A program made the position numbers and the translations under genes. 64,000 bases of DNA, from contig DASSSZ010000005.1 in assembly GCA_035708165.1 (NCBI GenBank), positions 112,840 to 176,839 on the forward strand, given 5' to 3'. The stretch comes from Minisyncoccota bacterium. GTDB taxonomy: Bacteria; Patescibacteriota; Minisyncoccia; Phycocordibacterales; UBA2100. Position 1 is the stretch's first letter, and the number at the start of each line of letters is the position of its first letter. The notes beneath the pieces are model-generated. The model saw nothing but the letters and a program-made list of their open reading frames with translations, was not told where the DNA came from and made no database searches. This document shows, piece after piece, positions 52,607 to 63,514 of this stretch.

Positions 52607-53536
52607 ATGCAGCATCTCTGGCTCTCAGCGAAACGCATCGGCCGCTACGGCCTCATCGGGTTCTTCCGCAACGGCTTCGTCACGCTGGCGGCGATCCTCA
52701 TCATGACGATCACGCTCGCCGTGATCGGGACGATGATGGTCACGGGCGCCGCGCTCTCAGCGACGCTTTCGACGCTCTCGGACAACGTCGATATCAGCGT
52801 GTACTTCACGCCTGATGCGCCGGAGGACCGCATCATGCAGGTCAAGAGCGCGCTCGAGGCGCTCCCTGAGGTGGCGAACGTCACCTACACGACACGCGAC
52901 CAGGCGCTCGAGCAATTCAAGGCGCGCCATCAGAACGACCAGCTCACGCTCCAGGCGCTCGATGAGCTCGCGGACAACCCGCTCGGCGCATCGCTCTCCA
53001 TCCAGGCGAAGGACACGAGCGAGTACCAGGCGATCGATACCTTCCTGCAGACCGCGCCGGGCGTCGGCGAGGGATCGGATAGCATCATCGACAAGGTGAA
53101 CTTCGCGCAGAACAAGACGGCGATCGAGCGGCTCTCGAACATCATCGCGACCGCGCGCACGGCGGCGATCGCGATCGCGATCATCTTCGCGATCGCATCC
53201 ATCCTCATCGCGTTCAACACCATCCGGCTCGCGATCTATACGAGCCGCGAAGAGATCGGCGTCATGCGGCTCGTGGGTGCCGGCTCGTGGTACGTGCGCG
53301 GGCCGTTCGTGGTCGCCGGCGTGCTCTACGGCATCATCGCCGCGATCCTGGTGCTCGTCCTCATGTACCCGGTCACGTTCTACCTCGGCGGGCCGTCGGA
53401 GCGATTCTTCGGCACGTTCAATACCTTCACGTACTACATGCACGCGTTCCCGCTCATCTTCTCGATCATCCTCGGCACCGGCATCGTGCTGGGCGCGCTT
53501 TCGAGCTTCCTCGCAGTGCGCCGCTACCTGCGATAA
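52607..53536 (+). CDS. ftsX: Cell-division permease FtsX
   Basis: 4 TM, NPLGAS, NTIRLAI..R.EI..MRLVGA..VRGPF. Confidence 0.92.
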   Translation: MQHLWLSAKRIGRYGLIGFFRNGFVTLAAILIMTITLAVIGTMMVTGAALSATLSTLSDNVDISVYFTPDAPEDRIMQVKSALEALPEVANVTYTTRDQALEQFKARHQNDQLTLQALDELADNPLGASLSIQAKDTSEYQAIDTFLQTAPGVGEGSDSIIDKVNFAQNKTAIERLSNIIATARTAAIAIAIIFAIASILIAFNTIRLAIYTSREEIGVMRLVGAGSWYVRGPFVVAGVLYGIIAAILVLVLMYPVTFYLGGPSERFFGTFNTFTYYMHAFPLIFSIILGTGIVLGALSSFLAVRRYLR

Positions 53537-53556
53537 GCGGGGATTCCGGGAAAAGA

Positions 53557-53581
53557 AGGCCGCCGAATCATTCGGCGGCCT
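53557..53581. terminator. Hairpin between convergent genes
   Basis: AGGCCGCCGAAT-c-ATTCGGCGGCCT. Confidence 0.65.
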
Positions 53582-53921
53582 CTCGTTTGGGGGCGCGGTA
53601 GCGCAAGAACGAGCCCGCGATACGCTCGACGAGCATGACATAGGCATCCGTCCCGTCAGGGACAGCGAAGCGCCGCGTGGTGCGTCGCAGCTTCGTGCGG
53701 ACGCTCTTCTCGAATGACGAGAGAGCGACGCTCCCGTTGATGCGGGCCTCGATCAGCTTGCTGTCATGCACGACCTTGAGAAGGATCGTCCCGTCCGGAT
53801 GCCGCCCGCGGCGGACCATGAGGCCGTCGCGCTTCCACGCGTCGACTACCTGCTGCGGGATGATCCGTTCCGCCTCCTCGCGGATGCGAGGGTCCTGCGG
53901 CGGGAACTTCTCGGTCTCCAT
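53568..53921 (-). CDS. Hypothetical protein
   Basis: AAGGAG Shine-Dalgarno upstream; 117 aa. Confidence 0.55.
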   Translation of the reverse strand: METEKFPPQDPRIREEAERIIPQQVVDAWKRDGLMVRRGRHPDGTILLKVVHDSKLIEARINGSVALSSFEKSVRTKLRRTTRRFAVPDGTDAYVMLVERIAGSFLRYRAPKREAAE

Positions 53922-54055
53922 TGCTGTACTCCTTCAAAAAAGAAAAGGCCTTGCAGGGATGCAAGAACCTCGTGCCCTTTCTATTGTACGCATCCGCTCG
54001 GCTGCGGCAAGGCCGGCATGTGCATTACCCGAGCGGCACCTGCTATGATGCGGCA

Positions 54056-54787
54056 ATGGCGCTCTCGCTTATCTCTCTCAATATCGAGCGGGACCGGCAC
54101 CTGCCCGCAGTCGAGGCGCTCCTGCAGGAAACGGCACCGGATGTGGCTTGCCTCCAGGAGGTTTTCGAAGCAGACCTGCCAGCACTCGCGAAAGCGGCCG
54201 AGGGTGAGGCGCTCTTCGTGCCGCGCATCCGCTATCCGAGCCCGCGCGGCCTCATGCCGGAAGGGCTCGCGATCATTTCCCGACGAGGGCTCTCCGATCA
54301 GGCATCAGCATGCTATGCCGGCGAGAAGGCCGCGATCCCGATCGCGGCGATCGACGGCTCCGTCGAGGAGAAGCAGCGCGACCAGCGCTATAGCATCGCG
54401 TCCTGCCTCGTCGAGAAGGATGGCGCCTCTTACCGCATCGTGACGACGCATTTCCCCTGGACGCCCGACGGCGAAGCGGATGCGTTCCAGCGCGATGCGC
54501 TCGCAGGGCTCTTCAGCGTGCTCGAGCCATTAGGCGAATTCGTGCTGACCGGCGATTTCAATGCGCCGCGCGGCAAGGAGATCTTCAGTGCGATCGCCGA
54601 GCGGTACGCGGATGCCGTGCCGCCCGCGTATGGATCTTCGATCGACGGACGCATCCATCGCGCCGGACCGATCCCGTACATGGTGGATGGCCTGTTCTCG
54701 ACGCAGGACTATCGCATCTCGGACGTCGTGATGCGCTGCGGCGTCTCCGATCACTGCGCGCTCGCCGGGGCAATCGAGCGCGCCTGA
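54056..54787 (+). CDS. Endonuclease/exonuclease/phosphatase (EEP) family protein
   Basis: SLNI, CLQEV, TTH, GDFN, SDH. Confidence 0.88.
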   Translation: MALSLISLNIERDRHLPAVEALLQETAPDVACLQEVFEADLPALAKAAEGEALFVPRIRYPSPRGLMPEGLAIISRRGLSDQASACYAGEKAAIPIAAIDGSVEEKQRDQRYSIASCLVEKDGASYRIVTTHFPWTPDGEADAFQRDALAGLFSVLEPLGEFVLTGDFNAPRGKEIFSAIAERYADAVPPAYGSSIDGRIHRAGPIPYMVDGLFSTQDYRISDVVMRCGVSDHCALAGAIERA

Positions 54788-57084
54788 TTCCCGCCGAGCC
54801 GCTCCGCGATGCCGTCCTCGACAGCCATCAGCGGCGCGCCGAAGGTGAGGCGGGAGAGCTCGGCGAGCTTCTCCGCGACCTCGGGGCTGCCGCGCGGAGG
54901 CAGCGGGATCGTCATATTGAACGCGCGCGTGGGCTGCCCGTGCACCAGGGGGCGGATGATCGCGTGCAGATTGGGGAGGGTGATGAGGTCGGTCGAGGCG
55001 AAGTTCGGCGCCATGTGCTTCTCCAGGGCCTCCGCGTCCTCGGTCCCCACGCGGAAGGAGACCAGCGTGCCCGCATTGCCGAAGACCGCATCGCGGATAT
55101 GCTCCGGCAGCTGCCCGAGGTACTGGTGCGCGATGGTGAGATTAAGGCGGTACTTGCGCGCTTCGGAGAGGATGGTCGTGATGGAGTCGGTGGTGAAGTT
55201 CTGGAATTCATCGATATAGAGGTAGAAGTCGCGCCGTTCCTCCTGCGCGACGTCATCGCGCCCGAGCGCAGCCATGAGGAGCTTGCCGGTGATCACCATG
55301 CCGAGCAGGTTCGCATTGATCTCGCCGATCCTGCCCTTCGGGAGCTTCACGATGAGGATCTTCCCTTCGTCCATCACCTGCCGGAAATCGAAGGCGCTCT
55401 TCACCTGGCCGATGATCGGCCGCATGTAATCGTTGCCGATGAAGCCGCCGAACTTCGAGGTGATATAGGGCGTCATGTTCGCGAGCGCGCCTTCGCCGCC
55501 GGCCTTCTCGGCCTCTTCGCGCCAGAAATTCGCGACGACAGGATTCCGGCAGCGCTCAAGCTTCGCGCGGCGCCACGCGGCATCGGTGAAGATGCGCGGG
55601 ACCTCGACGAGCGTCGCCGGCTCGACGGCAGCGTCTTCCATGAGCAGGAGGAGCGCGTTGCGCATGTACTGCTCGAACATCGGGCCCATCGTCTCCTCTG
55701 AGTAGAGGCGATTGAAGATGGATTGCATCTCGTTCACGATGAAGGTCTTCTGCTCCGGGCGGCTGGGGTCGAACTCGAGCATGTTGAGCCCGAGCGGGCG
55801 GCCGAGCTCCGAGGGGTCGAACACGATCACGTCCTCGATGCGCTCCGCCGGCACGAGCCCCAGGATCTCATCGGCGAGGTCGCCGTTCGGATCGATGAGG
55901 CACGCACCAGCGCCGCGCGCGATATCCTGCGCGAGCATGCCGCGGATGAGCGTGGACTTGCCGGTGCCTGTCTGGCCCACCATGTACACGTGCCGCCGTC
56001 TATCCTCGTCCGTGAGCCGCACGTCGCGATGCTCGCCCCGGAACTCGCTTTGGCCGAGCATGATGCCTTCGGCGGGGAGCGCCGGGGCTTCCGCTGAACG
56101 CGCCGAGTGCCAGGCGATGCGCGGGATATCCAGATCGGCAGTAGGCAGGTGGAAGATGCTCGCGAGCTCCTCGGTGTTCATCGGCATGGCGCCTTCGCCC
56201 GGCTCGCGGAACGCGTAGCGATACGCGAGGCTTTTCATATCCCGCGGCTTCTTCAGCCCGAACGCGTTCCGGGTAGGGCCGGCGAACTGGCCGAAGCTTC
56301 CGGCGATATCGAGCAGGAGGTCAGCCGCGCGGTCGCTCGATTCGGCTGCGACGATGATGCGCACTTCCGCCGAGAGCAGCGGCTTCGCGATCTTGCGCTC
56401 GAGCGCCTGCACGGCTGCATCATCGATAGGGCGGAAGCGCTCTTCATGAGGGTCCTCCTTGCGCGGGCTTCCCGCGAAGGCCTTCTTCACGTCGGTGAAC
56501 GCATTCTCGCTGAGGATGGCGGAAAGCTTCTCGCCGCCCTGCACGCGCTCGATCGCGCTCCGGACGGATTTCGCGAAGCTGCCAGGGGCAGGGCTGACGA
56601 TGATCTGGAGCGCGGCCCCGTCGCCTGCATCATTGAGCTTCCCCAGAGAGGAGAGGATCCCGGCGAACGTGTCCACCTCCGCTTCCGCATACGTGCGGAT
56701 CGGGAGAAGCGGCTTCTCTTTCATGGTGAGCGTGCCCCCGGCCGTCCGGCTTCCTTGGCCGAAGATCGTATAGTCGTCCGTCTCCTCGACGCGCGCACGG
56801 GGGAATAGCCCGAGGATCTGCTGCTCGGCGAAGCTGCGCTTCGCGCGGGGCACGGCGATATAGAAATGGATATCAGTCCCGACATTGTGCACCGCGACCT
56901 CGAAGACGAACGGTTCGCCGAGCGAGAGCAGGGATGCGAAGAGCTGCTCGCTGCGCTTGATATCGGAAAGCTCGTTCCGCGGATCGCGCTCCTCGCCGGC
57001 CGGACGCGGCAGCGTGATCTCGAGCAGCCGGAGCTCGAGCTGCTCCGCGAGATGCTTCTTGGAGAAGGGGAGAGCGAAGGCCAT
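54751..57084 (-). CDS. VirD4/TraD/TrwB-like coupling ATPase
   Basis: RRHVYMVGQTGTGKS, IDPNGD, YIDEFQNF, EARKY.L.L..AHQ, FGN.GT. Confidence 0.85.
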   Translation of the reverse strand: MAFALPFSKKHLAEQLELRLLEITLPRPAGEERDPRNELSDIKRSEQLFASLLSLGEPFVFEVAVHNVGTDIHFYIAVPRAKRSFAEQQILGLFPRARVEETDDYTIFGQGSRTAGGTLTMKEKPLLPIRTYAEAEVDTFAGILSSLGKLNDAGDGAALQIIVSPAPGSFAKSVRSAIERVQGGEKLSAILSENAFTDVKKAFAGSPRKEDPHEERFRPIDDAAVQALERKIAKPLLSAEVRIIVAAESSDRAADLLLDIAGSFGQFAGPTRNAFGLKKPRDMKSLAYRYAFREPGEGAMPMNTEELASIFHLPTADLDIPRIAWHSARSAEAPALPAEGIMLGQSEFRGEHRDVRLTDEDRRRHVYMVGQTGTGKSTLIRGMLAQDIARGAGACLIDPNGDLADEILGLVPAERIEDVIVFDPSELGRPLGLNMLEFDPSRPEQKTFIVNEMQSIFNRLYSEETMGPMFEQYMRNALLLLMEDAAVEPATLVEVPRIFTDAAWRRAKLERCRNPVVANFWREEAEKAGGEGALANMTPYITSKFGGFIGNDYMRPIIGQVKSAFDFRQVMDEGKILIVKLPKGRIGEINANLLGMVITGKLLMAALGRDDVAQEERRDFYLYIDEFQNFTTDSITTILSEARKYRLNLTIAHQYLGQLPEHIRDAVFGNAGTLVSFRVGTEDAEALEKHMAPNFASTDLITLPNLHAIIRPLVHGQPTRAFNMTIPLPPRGSPEVAEKLAELSRLTFGAPLMAVEDGIAERLGGNQARSIAPASAQ

Positions 57085-57089
57085 GCGGC

Positions 57090-57485
57090 TTAGATGAGCC
57101 CGCGCTGCGAGAGGGCATCGTAGAGCTTATCGACCAGCGCATCATGGAAGGCATCGAGGATGTACGGGTCTTTCGTGCGCGCATCCGCGATCGCAGCTGC
57201 GATGCCTTTCTCCTGGATCTCATCGATGAGCGCATTCACCGAGGCGGCGGTTGCCGGATCCGTATGGTCAAGGTAGCTGCCGCTCGAAGCCGCGGGATCC
57301 GCGGGGGCGGCAGCCGCCTGCGCGGCATCGTGCAGCGCATTGCCGATCGCCGCCTTGGCGATCTCCTGTGATGCGGCGCTTTCGATGCCGGCTTCGCGCT
57401 CGAGCACGCTGCGGCGCGATGCGATTTCCGTATTGATCGCTGCCACTTCCGCCTCGAAAGCGGGCGAGAATCGCTCCGGTTCCAT
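57090..57485 (-). CDS. Hypothetical helical protein co-oriented with the VirD4-like gene
   Basis: TATACT 6 nt before ATG; DPYILDAFHD.L motif; 5-nt gap to next gene. Confidence 0.7.
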   Translation of the reverse strand: MEPERFSPAFEAEVAAINTEIASRRSVLEREAGIESAASQEIAKAAIGNALHDAAQAAAAPADPAASSGSYLDHTDPATAASVNALIDEIQEKGIAAAIADARTKDPYILDAFHDALVDKLYDALSQRGLI

Positions 57486-57569
57486 GCGCCAAGTATAGCA
57501 GCTTAGCGTTGAAGGAAGCCGTCGTTTCATGTATGCTGTGCAGACGCTGAGTCCGCCGACTCGGCGTAT

Positions 57570-57640
57570 TGCCGGATCGTCTAATGGTAGGACAACGGAT
57601 TCTGGCTCCGTTTATCTAGGTTCGAGTCCTAGTCCGGCAG
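57570..57640 (+). tRNA. tRNA-Gln(CTG)
   Basis: TGCCGGA/TCCGGCA acceptor, ACGGA-TT CTG GC-TCCGT. Confidence 0.93.
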
Positions 57641-57733
57641 CAGCTTAGTTTAGTATCGAAGGACCTAGAGGGGTATAAATGCTTCTGTTTCTACTCACCC
57701 CCCGAAAGGCCTATAATGTATGGGTTGCCCATT

Positions 57734-60529
57734 ATGGATTCTTACAAGTATGGGTCTAAATGGCGTAGGTGGGATTTGCACCTACATACACCAGAAACCC
57801 TAAAAGAAGATCAGTACACTGGAACGACGCCCGAGGAAAAGTGGGAGAATTTTTGCAATGATATAAACTCCACCGACGCTGAAGTATCGGTCGTGGGCGT
57901 AACCGACTATCTCCTCATCGATAACTACAGGAAATTCCACTCCTTCATCGATTCAGGGAAGATCACCAAGAAATTCGACCTTGTCATCCCAAACATCGAG
58001 CTTCGGCTTACCCCGGTGACCGGAAGCGGGACAGCCTTGAACCTCCACCTATTAATCGATCCTGCGTTCGTGGACCAGCTCGAGTCCCGCATTTACTCAA
58101 AACTCAAAATCAAAAGCGGCACGACGGAATACACCGCTCTTCGGGCTGACTTGATTCGTCTCGGTAAGACGATAGATGCGGCAGCTTCAGACGACGTCGC
58201 GTACAAGAAAGGAGCCGAGCAGTTCGTCATCGATTTCGATACCCTCAAAGGAGTCTTTGATAACGATCCCGACCTGCGTAACCACTGCCTCATTGTGGTG
58301 GCTAACAGCTCGCATGATGGAGCCACGGGTGTAACGCACCACGCAAGCTTCTTCACGGCTACCGGCTCGAGCCTCGATACTAAGCGACAGGCGATTTACA
58401 AATTTGTTGACGCTATATTCTCCGCTAATCCTAGCGACCGTACATACTTCCTCGGTAAGTCTTCCAGCGATACACGCGACATCGTCATCGACAAGTGCGG
58501 AAGTCTCAAGCCGTGCGTGCACGGATGCGATGCGCATACTAACGCGAAGATCTTTAAGCCGGATCAAAATCGATATTGCTGGATAAAGGCGAATCCTACG
58601 TTCGAGGGCCTACGACAAATCCTATTCGAGCCGGAGGAGCGCATCTGCGTTCAAGAGCTACAGCCGGATGAGAAGGAGCTTTATCGCGTTATCGACAAGG
58701 TGAAGCTGACCGATGCGAATTTCACTGCCGAGCCGCTCGAACTCAATCCGAATCTGAACGTAATTATCGGCAGCCGCTCATCAGGAAAAACGACGCTGCT
58801 TAACAGCATTGCTAAAGCGGTAGACGTATCTGAATACGAGCTGCGTCATAAAGATTCCCCGCCCATAAAGGAACCTCCAAGCGCAAACGTGTTCTGGCTC
58901 GACGGCGCGGAAAGCGGTGCTGCAGAAACGCAGAAAGGCATTACCTACATACCTCAAAACTACATAAACAGCCTCGCCGAAGCGACCGAGGAAAATTCGC
59001 CCATACTTGAGATCGCCGAGAATGCGCTCTTCGACAGCACAGGCGGCATTGCTCAGGAAAGGAAGGATTTAAATCTCAAAATCGAGCAACTTAACCGCAC
59101 CATCGGTAACGACGTCTACCAGCTTTTTGTTACCCGGAAGCAGATCGCCGAGCAGAAGGAGAAGATCAAAAAGATCGGCGACAAAAAAGGTATAGAGGAG
59201 CAAATCAAGAAAGTCGAAGCCGAAATCGCGAAGCTTCAAAAGGACCTTACCAAAGCTGAGGCTGCTACTTTAAAGAAGCTCCGTGAAGAGTATGCGGACA
59301 ATAAAAAGCAAATCGAGACCATTACTGCTGATGTCGAGACGCTGACCGAGGAAACCGCTGATGTCGAAAGGGGTGCCAGCTTTTTTGAGGAAAGATCGCT
59401 CAGCTTGAAATCCGAGGAGCTGTCACGAGAGCTTGGCGAATTCACTGGCAAGCTCCAGGATGAATACCTGCAAAAGTACGTAGCGTTCGTTAATAGGAAA
59501 AAGGAGGAGCTGGCCAAGGAAAAGAAAAAACTCGAGGAAGACAATAAGAAAATACTCGACAACAACAAGGTCCTTATTGATAAGGCAAAGCAGAACACGG
59601 CCGCCGATCAGAAAGTGAAGGAGAAGGAGGCTCAGGACAAAAAGCTCGCGGAAATATCGTCGGCAGAGAAGGCGCTCAAGACCAGCGAGGATGCGCTATT
59701 GGCCACGCTCACAAAAATCGTTCTGGCGCACAAGGAGCGCTCTAACGCCCGACATGCCTTCGTCGCGAAAGCAACCGGAGATCTGGAAGGGATCGAGTAC
59801 CGCGCAGTGGTGGGGATCGACACGGTGAAGCTCGATAAGTTCATGACGGATTTCGTGAACTTCCACAACTCAACCGGCGCACGTACCCAGCTCAATGCGA
59901 TTCCTGGCTATAAAACGGGCGAGGACACGGATGTTTCGACTCTGATAAAAAACGACAACATTAAGACAACCGCCGAACTTATTCTTAGCGATACCTTGAA
60001 GCTTAAAGCCGGCATCGATTTGCAGCGCGCCATCGAGGGACTGTTCGGCGACTTTGAATTCATCAACTACTCTCTCAAATATGAGGGCGACAACTACCCT
60101 GAAATGACCCCAGGCAAGAAATCTCTCGTCGTATTAAAGCTGCTCGTCGAATCCAGCGAGGATAAATATCCGATTCTCATAGACCAGCCAGAGGACGATC
60201 TCGATAGCCGTTCAATATCGGGCGAAATCGTCGATTTCTTACGCTCCAAAAAGAAGGAGCGACAGATTATCCTCGTCACACATAACGCGAACATTGCTAT
60301 CAAGGCAGATGCGGAGGAGATCATTGTCGCCAACCGTCACTCTACGCAGCATCCGAACAAGAATGCTGTCATGTTTGATTACACGACAGGCGCTATCGAG
60401 ACGAGCTTCGTAAATCCGTCTGCCGCATTTTCTCTTGACAAAATGGGTATGCGCGAGCATGCATGTGAACTTCTGGAAGGTGGTGAGGAAGCGTTCGAGA
60501 ATCGGAAGAATAAATATAATCTAAAGTAA
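57734..60529 (+). CDS. PHP-domain + SMC/ABC-type ATPase (TrlF/Ppl-like defence protein)
   Basis: WDLHLHTP, TDY, GCDAH; GSRSSGKTT; long coiled coil; MTPGKK, LIDQPEDDLD, VTHN. Confidence 0.85.
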   Translation: MDSYKYGSKWRRWDLHLHTPETLKEDQYTGTTPEEKWENFCNDINSTDAEVSVVGVTDYLLIDNYRKFHSFIDSGKITKKFDLVIPNIELRLTPVTGSGTALNLHLLIDPAFVDQLESRIYSKLKIKSGTTEYTALRADLIRLGKTIDAAASDDVAYKKGAEQFVIDFDTLKGVFDNDPDLRNHCLIVVANSSHDGATGVTHHASFFTATGSSLDTKRQAIYKFVDAIFSANPSDRTYFLGKSSSDTRDIVIDKCGSLKPCVHGCDAHTNAKIFKPDQNRYCWIKANPTFEGLRQILFEPEERICVQELQPDEKELYRVIDKVKLTDANFTAEPLELNPNLNVIIGSRSSGKTTLLNSIAKAVDVSEYELRHKDSPPIKEPPSANVFWLDGAESGAAETQKGITYIPQNYINSLAEATEENSPILEIAENALFDSTGGIAQERKDLNLKIEQLNRTIGNDVYQLFVTRKQIAEQKEKIKKIGDKKGIEEQIKKVEAEIAKLQKDLTKAEAATLKKLREEYADNKKQIETITADVETLTEETADVERGASFFEERSLSLKSEELSRELGEFTGKLQDEYLQKYVAFVNRKKEELAKEKKKLEEDNKKILDNNKVLIDKAKQNTAADQKVKEKEAQDKKLAEISSAEKALKTSEDALLATLTKIVLAHKERSNARHAFVAKATGDLEGIEYRAVVGIDTVKLDKFMTDFVNFHNSTGARTQLNAIPGYKTGEDTDVSTLIKNDNIKTTAELILSDTLKLKAGIDLQRAIEGLFGDFEFINYSLKYEGDNYPEMTPGKKSLVVLKLLVESSEDKYPILIDQPEDDLDSRSISGEIVDFLRSKKKERQIILVTHNANIAIKADAEEIIVANRHSTQHPNKNAVMFDYTTGAIETSFVNPSAAFSLDKMGMREHACELLEGGEEAFENRKNKYNLK

Positions 60530-61798
60530 AATTAGGTTTTTATTTTCCAGCTGTAGTTGGGATTTCAGGCAAGTGAGAAGATCTCGCCTCTCAAATATCG
60601 ACCCTTCGGTTAGCAGGTACTTCGCGTAGTTGCGAATATCGGCGTCCTTCACAGAATAATTCTCGTCTGCCTTGCCCATAATCCCTGAATGGAACTTCTT
60701 ATGCCGCTCAATCTCAGCCTCGAGCTTTTTCTTGATACCAGAGCGGTCAAGATCTATCTGGTCAATAATTTCCGTTAGTTGCGAGATAAGGACCTTCTCC
60801 TCAATGTAGCCTTCTTTGCAGTTGATATTCCGTGAGCGAGTGCAACCATAGTAGATGTACTTGGCGATCGAACCGTCCTTCAGGGTCTTGAATTTCTCTT
60901 GGGCCGTCACACCGGATCCGCAGGTTCCACAGGAGAGCAAACGAGTGAAAGCGAACTCTTTGTTTTTGCCTCGGGCTTTGATTTGAAGGTGAAGCTGCTT
61001 CTGCACCTCTTCGAAAAGTTCTCTGGATATGAGTGGCGTATGCTTACCCTGGAACCATCGGCCGCTGTTCTTGGGGTATTCAAAAGTACCGTAGTAGAAG
61101 TGGTTATTGAGAATGACGTATACGTTGCTCAGAGTTAGAGGTTTGCCGGTACGGGTAACGAATTTGATTTCCTTGAGCCAGCGATATACTTTCCTACCAC
61201 TCCAGCCTTCATTGGCTACTTTCTGAAAGAGTTCCTTCATAACAGGGGCTCGATCAGGATCTACGAACACCACGCCTTTCTGATCCTTATTTTTTGAATT
61301 GAGATAACCGGTTGGGGCTACTGAAGGCCAGAGGCCGAGCTCGCACTTGGTTTTGAGCCCGCGCTTCACATTGATGCTCTTGTTGTCGTTCTCCAGCTTC
61401 GCCTGGCTACCAAGGATCATGAGAAGGAACTTCTCATTGGGGTTGTTAGTGAAGCGTTGACTGTAAGTACGAATTTCAATGAGCTTCTTCTGGTCGAAGA
61501 GATCCACGATCGCCCCAAGGTCGCCGGCATTGCGGGATAGACGGTCCGGATGCCACACCAAGATCCCATTGAATTTACCCTCCCGAATATTGAGAAGGAG
61601 CTGGTTGAACACAGGCCGCTGGCCGGCATCCTTTGCGGAGTGCGATTCTCGGTACATATCGACCACATTCAGTCCGTCTCGCTGCGCTAAGGCCAACATC
61701 TCCTTAAGCTGGGAATCTATCGAAAGCGCCTGTTTTTCCTCGGCTTCGCTCGATTTTCGGGCGTACAGGCAGTACCTGACTGGCTCCTGGTTTTCCAT
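60521..61798 (-). CDS. Large serine recombinase
   Basis: YARKSS catalytic Ser, DRLSRN, APTGY, H.PLIS..LF..VQ, zinc-ribbon CGTCG..YYGC..C. Confidence 0.92.
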   Translation of the reverse strand: MENQEPVRYCLYARKSSEAEEKQALSIDSQLKEMLALAQRDGLNVVDMYRESHSAKDAGQRPVFNQLLLNIREGKFNGILVWHPDRLSRNAGDLGAIVDLFDQKKLIEIRTYSQRFTNNPNEKFLLMILGSQAKLENDNKSINVKRGLKTKCELGLWPSVAPTGYLNSKNKDQKGVVFVDPDRAPVMKELFQKVANEGWSGRKVYRWLKEIKFVTRTGKPLTLSNVYVILNNHFYYGTFEYPKNSGRWFQGKHTPLISRELFEEVQKQLHLQIKARGKNKEFAFTRLLSCGTCGSGVTAQEKFKTLKDGSIAKYIYYGCTRSRNINCKEGYIEEKVLISQLTEIIDQIDLDRSGIKKKLEAEIERHKKFHSGIMGKADENYSVKDADIRNYAKYLLTEGSIFERRDLLTCLKSQLQLENKNLILL

Positions 61799-61911
61799 AC
61801 AACACAACACATGCCCGAAGCCGGGGAAGAAGTCCATACCCAAGCTGGTGGTAAGAAATACGGCTTTAAACCAAGGCGATTTCGTGATAAAATCATGAAA
61901 ATCCTTATTTT

Positions 61912-63510
61912 ATGGCCACGTTGAATTGGATCGGAAAAGAGGCGGTGGCAAACCACGACAAAGAGGTGCCTTTCAAGTTGCTTGAGAAAGTCCCGAGCGC
62001 ATCCGTCGGTAAGGAATCAAAGAATCTCGTCATTCACGGCGACAATCTAGAAGCACTTAAAGCACTTTTGCCTTTCTATCAAGGCGAGGTTAAGTGCATT
62101 TATATTGATCCTCCATACAACACCGGAAACGAGGATTGGGCATACAACGATAATGTAAGTTCTCCCAAAATTCGAGAGTGGATCAAGAAAACTGTGGGGC
62201 GAGAAGGGGAAGACCTCACTAGACATGACAAGTGGCTTTGCATGATGTATCCCCGTCTTAAACTCCTTCGTGATCTTTTACGGGATGACGGGGTCATATT
62301 TGTCAGTATCGATGACAATGAACAGCACCACCTCAAGATACTGATGGATGAGATTTTCACAGCTCGGAATTTTATTGGGCAGATTACCGTCGTTGGAAAC
62401 CCACGAGGTAGAGATTATGGTGGAATTGCGCGCATGCACGACTACCTTCTTGTTTACTCGAAGGAGTTTGGAAAGGCAGATATCAACAACTTGAACGATC
62501 CTGATAAGGAGTTTCCTTTTGAGGACAGCAGGGGAGGTTTTGAGATTCGCGAGCTACGCAATCGCAATATTGCTTTCCATATAGGGAATAGGCCTAATCT
62601 TCATTACCCCTTTTATGTCAATCCAAAGAAGAAAGACGAGAATGGTTTTTTTGAGATCTCGCTTGAGAAAAAGAGTGGCTGGACTGAAGTTTTTCCGAAA
62701 GAATCTCAGGGATTTAAGACTGTTTGGCGTTGGGGGAAAGCGCGTTCTCAGCAAAATCTGAATACTGAAATTGTTGCAAAGAAGATGATGGATGGTGGTT
62801 ATCAGATTGTTGAAAAGTATCGTGAGAGAACACGGATGGCTCGATCTGTCTGGTGGGACAAAGATGATAATACTGAAAAAGGAACGCTGGAGGTTAAGAA
62901 TCTTTTTGATGGCAAGAAAGTGTTCAATTTCCCTAAGTCCATGGAAATGGTACGGAAGGTGGTTGAGATGGGTACTGGACCAGACGACATTGTCCTTGAT
63001 TCGTTTGCGGGATCGGGTACAACAGGCCACGCTGTGCTCGATTTAAACAAAATGGATGGCGGACACCGTCGCTTTATTTTGGTTGAAATGGAAGATGACG
63101 TCGTGAAGAAAATCACTGCTGAAAGGATCAAGAAAGCTATAAAAAAGTACGACTATGACGGAGGCTTTGAATATTGCGAGCTCGCTTCCGCCCTTTTTGA
63201 TCAGAATGGATTGATAAATGAGTCGTGTTCATATGCCGACTTGGCTTCTTACATTTTCTTCACCGAGACGCAAACAAACGTCGATAAAAAAGCAATCAAA
63301 AATCCATTCGTTGGTGAGAGTGGCGGGATTTCCTACTACCTCGTTTACGCTGGCCGTGGAAAAAATGACTTAACTCGAGCTTCACTCAGCAAGCTCAAGA
63401 TCGCCGGTCCTGCAGTCGTATATGCTGATCGTTGTCTTGTGGACGAGGATGAACTGAAGGAGAAAGGTATTACCTTCAAACAGATCCCGTACGAGATAAC
63501 AATCTACTAA
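61912..63510 (+). CDS. mod: Type III restriction-modification methyltransferase (Mod)
   Basis: GDNLEAL, YIDPPYNTG, FPK, LDSFAGSGTTGHA (beta-class order). Confidence 0.9.
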   Translation: MATLNWIGKEAVANHDKEVPFKLLEKVPSASVGKESKNLVIHGDNLEALKALLPFYQGEVKCIYIDPPYNTGNEDWAYNDNVSSPKIREWIKKTVGREGEDLTRHDKWLCMMYPRLKLLRDLLRDDGVIFVSIDDNEQHHLKILMDEIFTARNFIGQITVVGNPRGRDYGGIARMHDYLLVYSKEFGKADINNLNDPDKEFPFEDSRGGFEIRELRNRNIAFHIGNRPNLHYPFYVNPKKKDENGFFEISLEKKSGWTEVFPKESQGFKTVWRWGKARSQQNLNTEIVAKKMMDGGYQIVEKYRERTRMARSVWWDKDDNTEKGTLEVKNLFDGKKVFNFPKSMEMVRKVVEMGTGPDDIVLDSFAGSGTTGHAVLDLNKMDGGHRRFILVEMEDDVVKKITAERIKKAIKKYDYDGGFEYCELASALFDQNGLINESCSYADLASYIFFTETQTNVDKKAIKNPFVGESGGISYYLVYAGRGKNDLTRASLSKLKIAGPAVVYADRCLVDEDELKEKGITFKQIPYEITIY

Positions 63511-63514
63511 TCCT

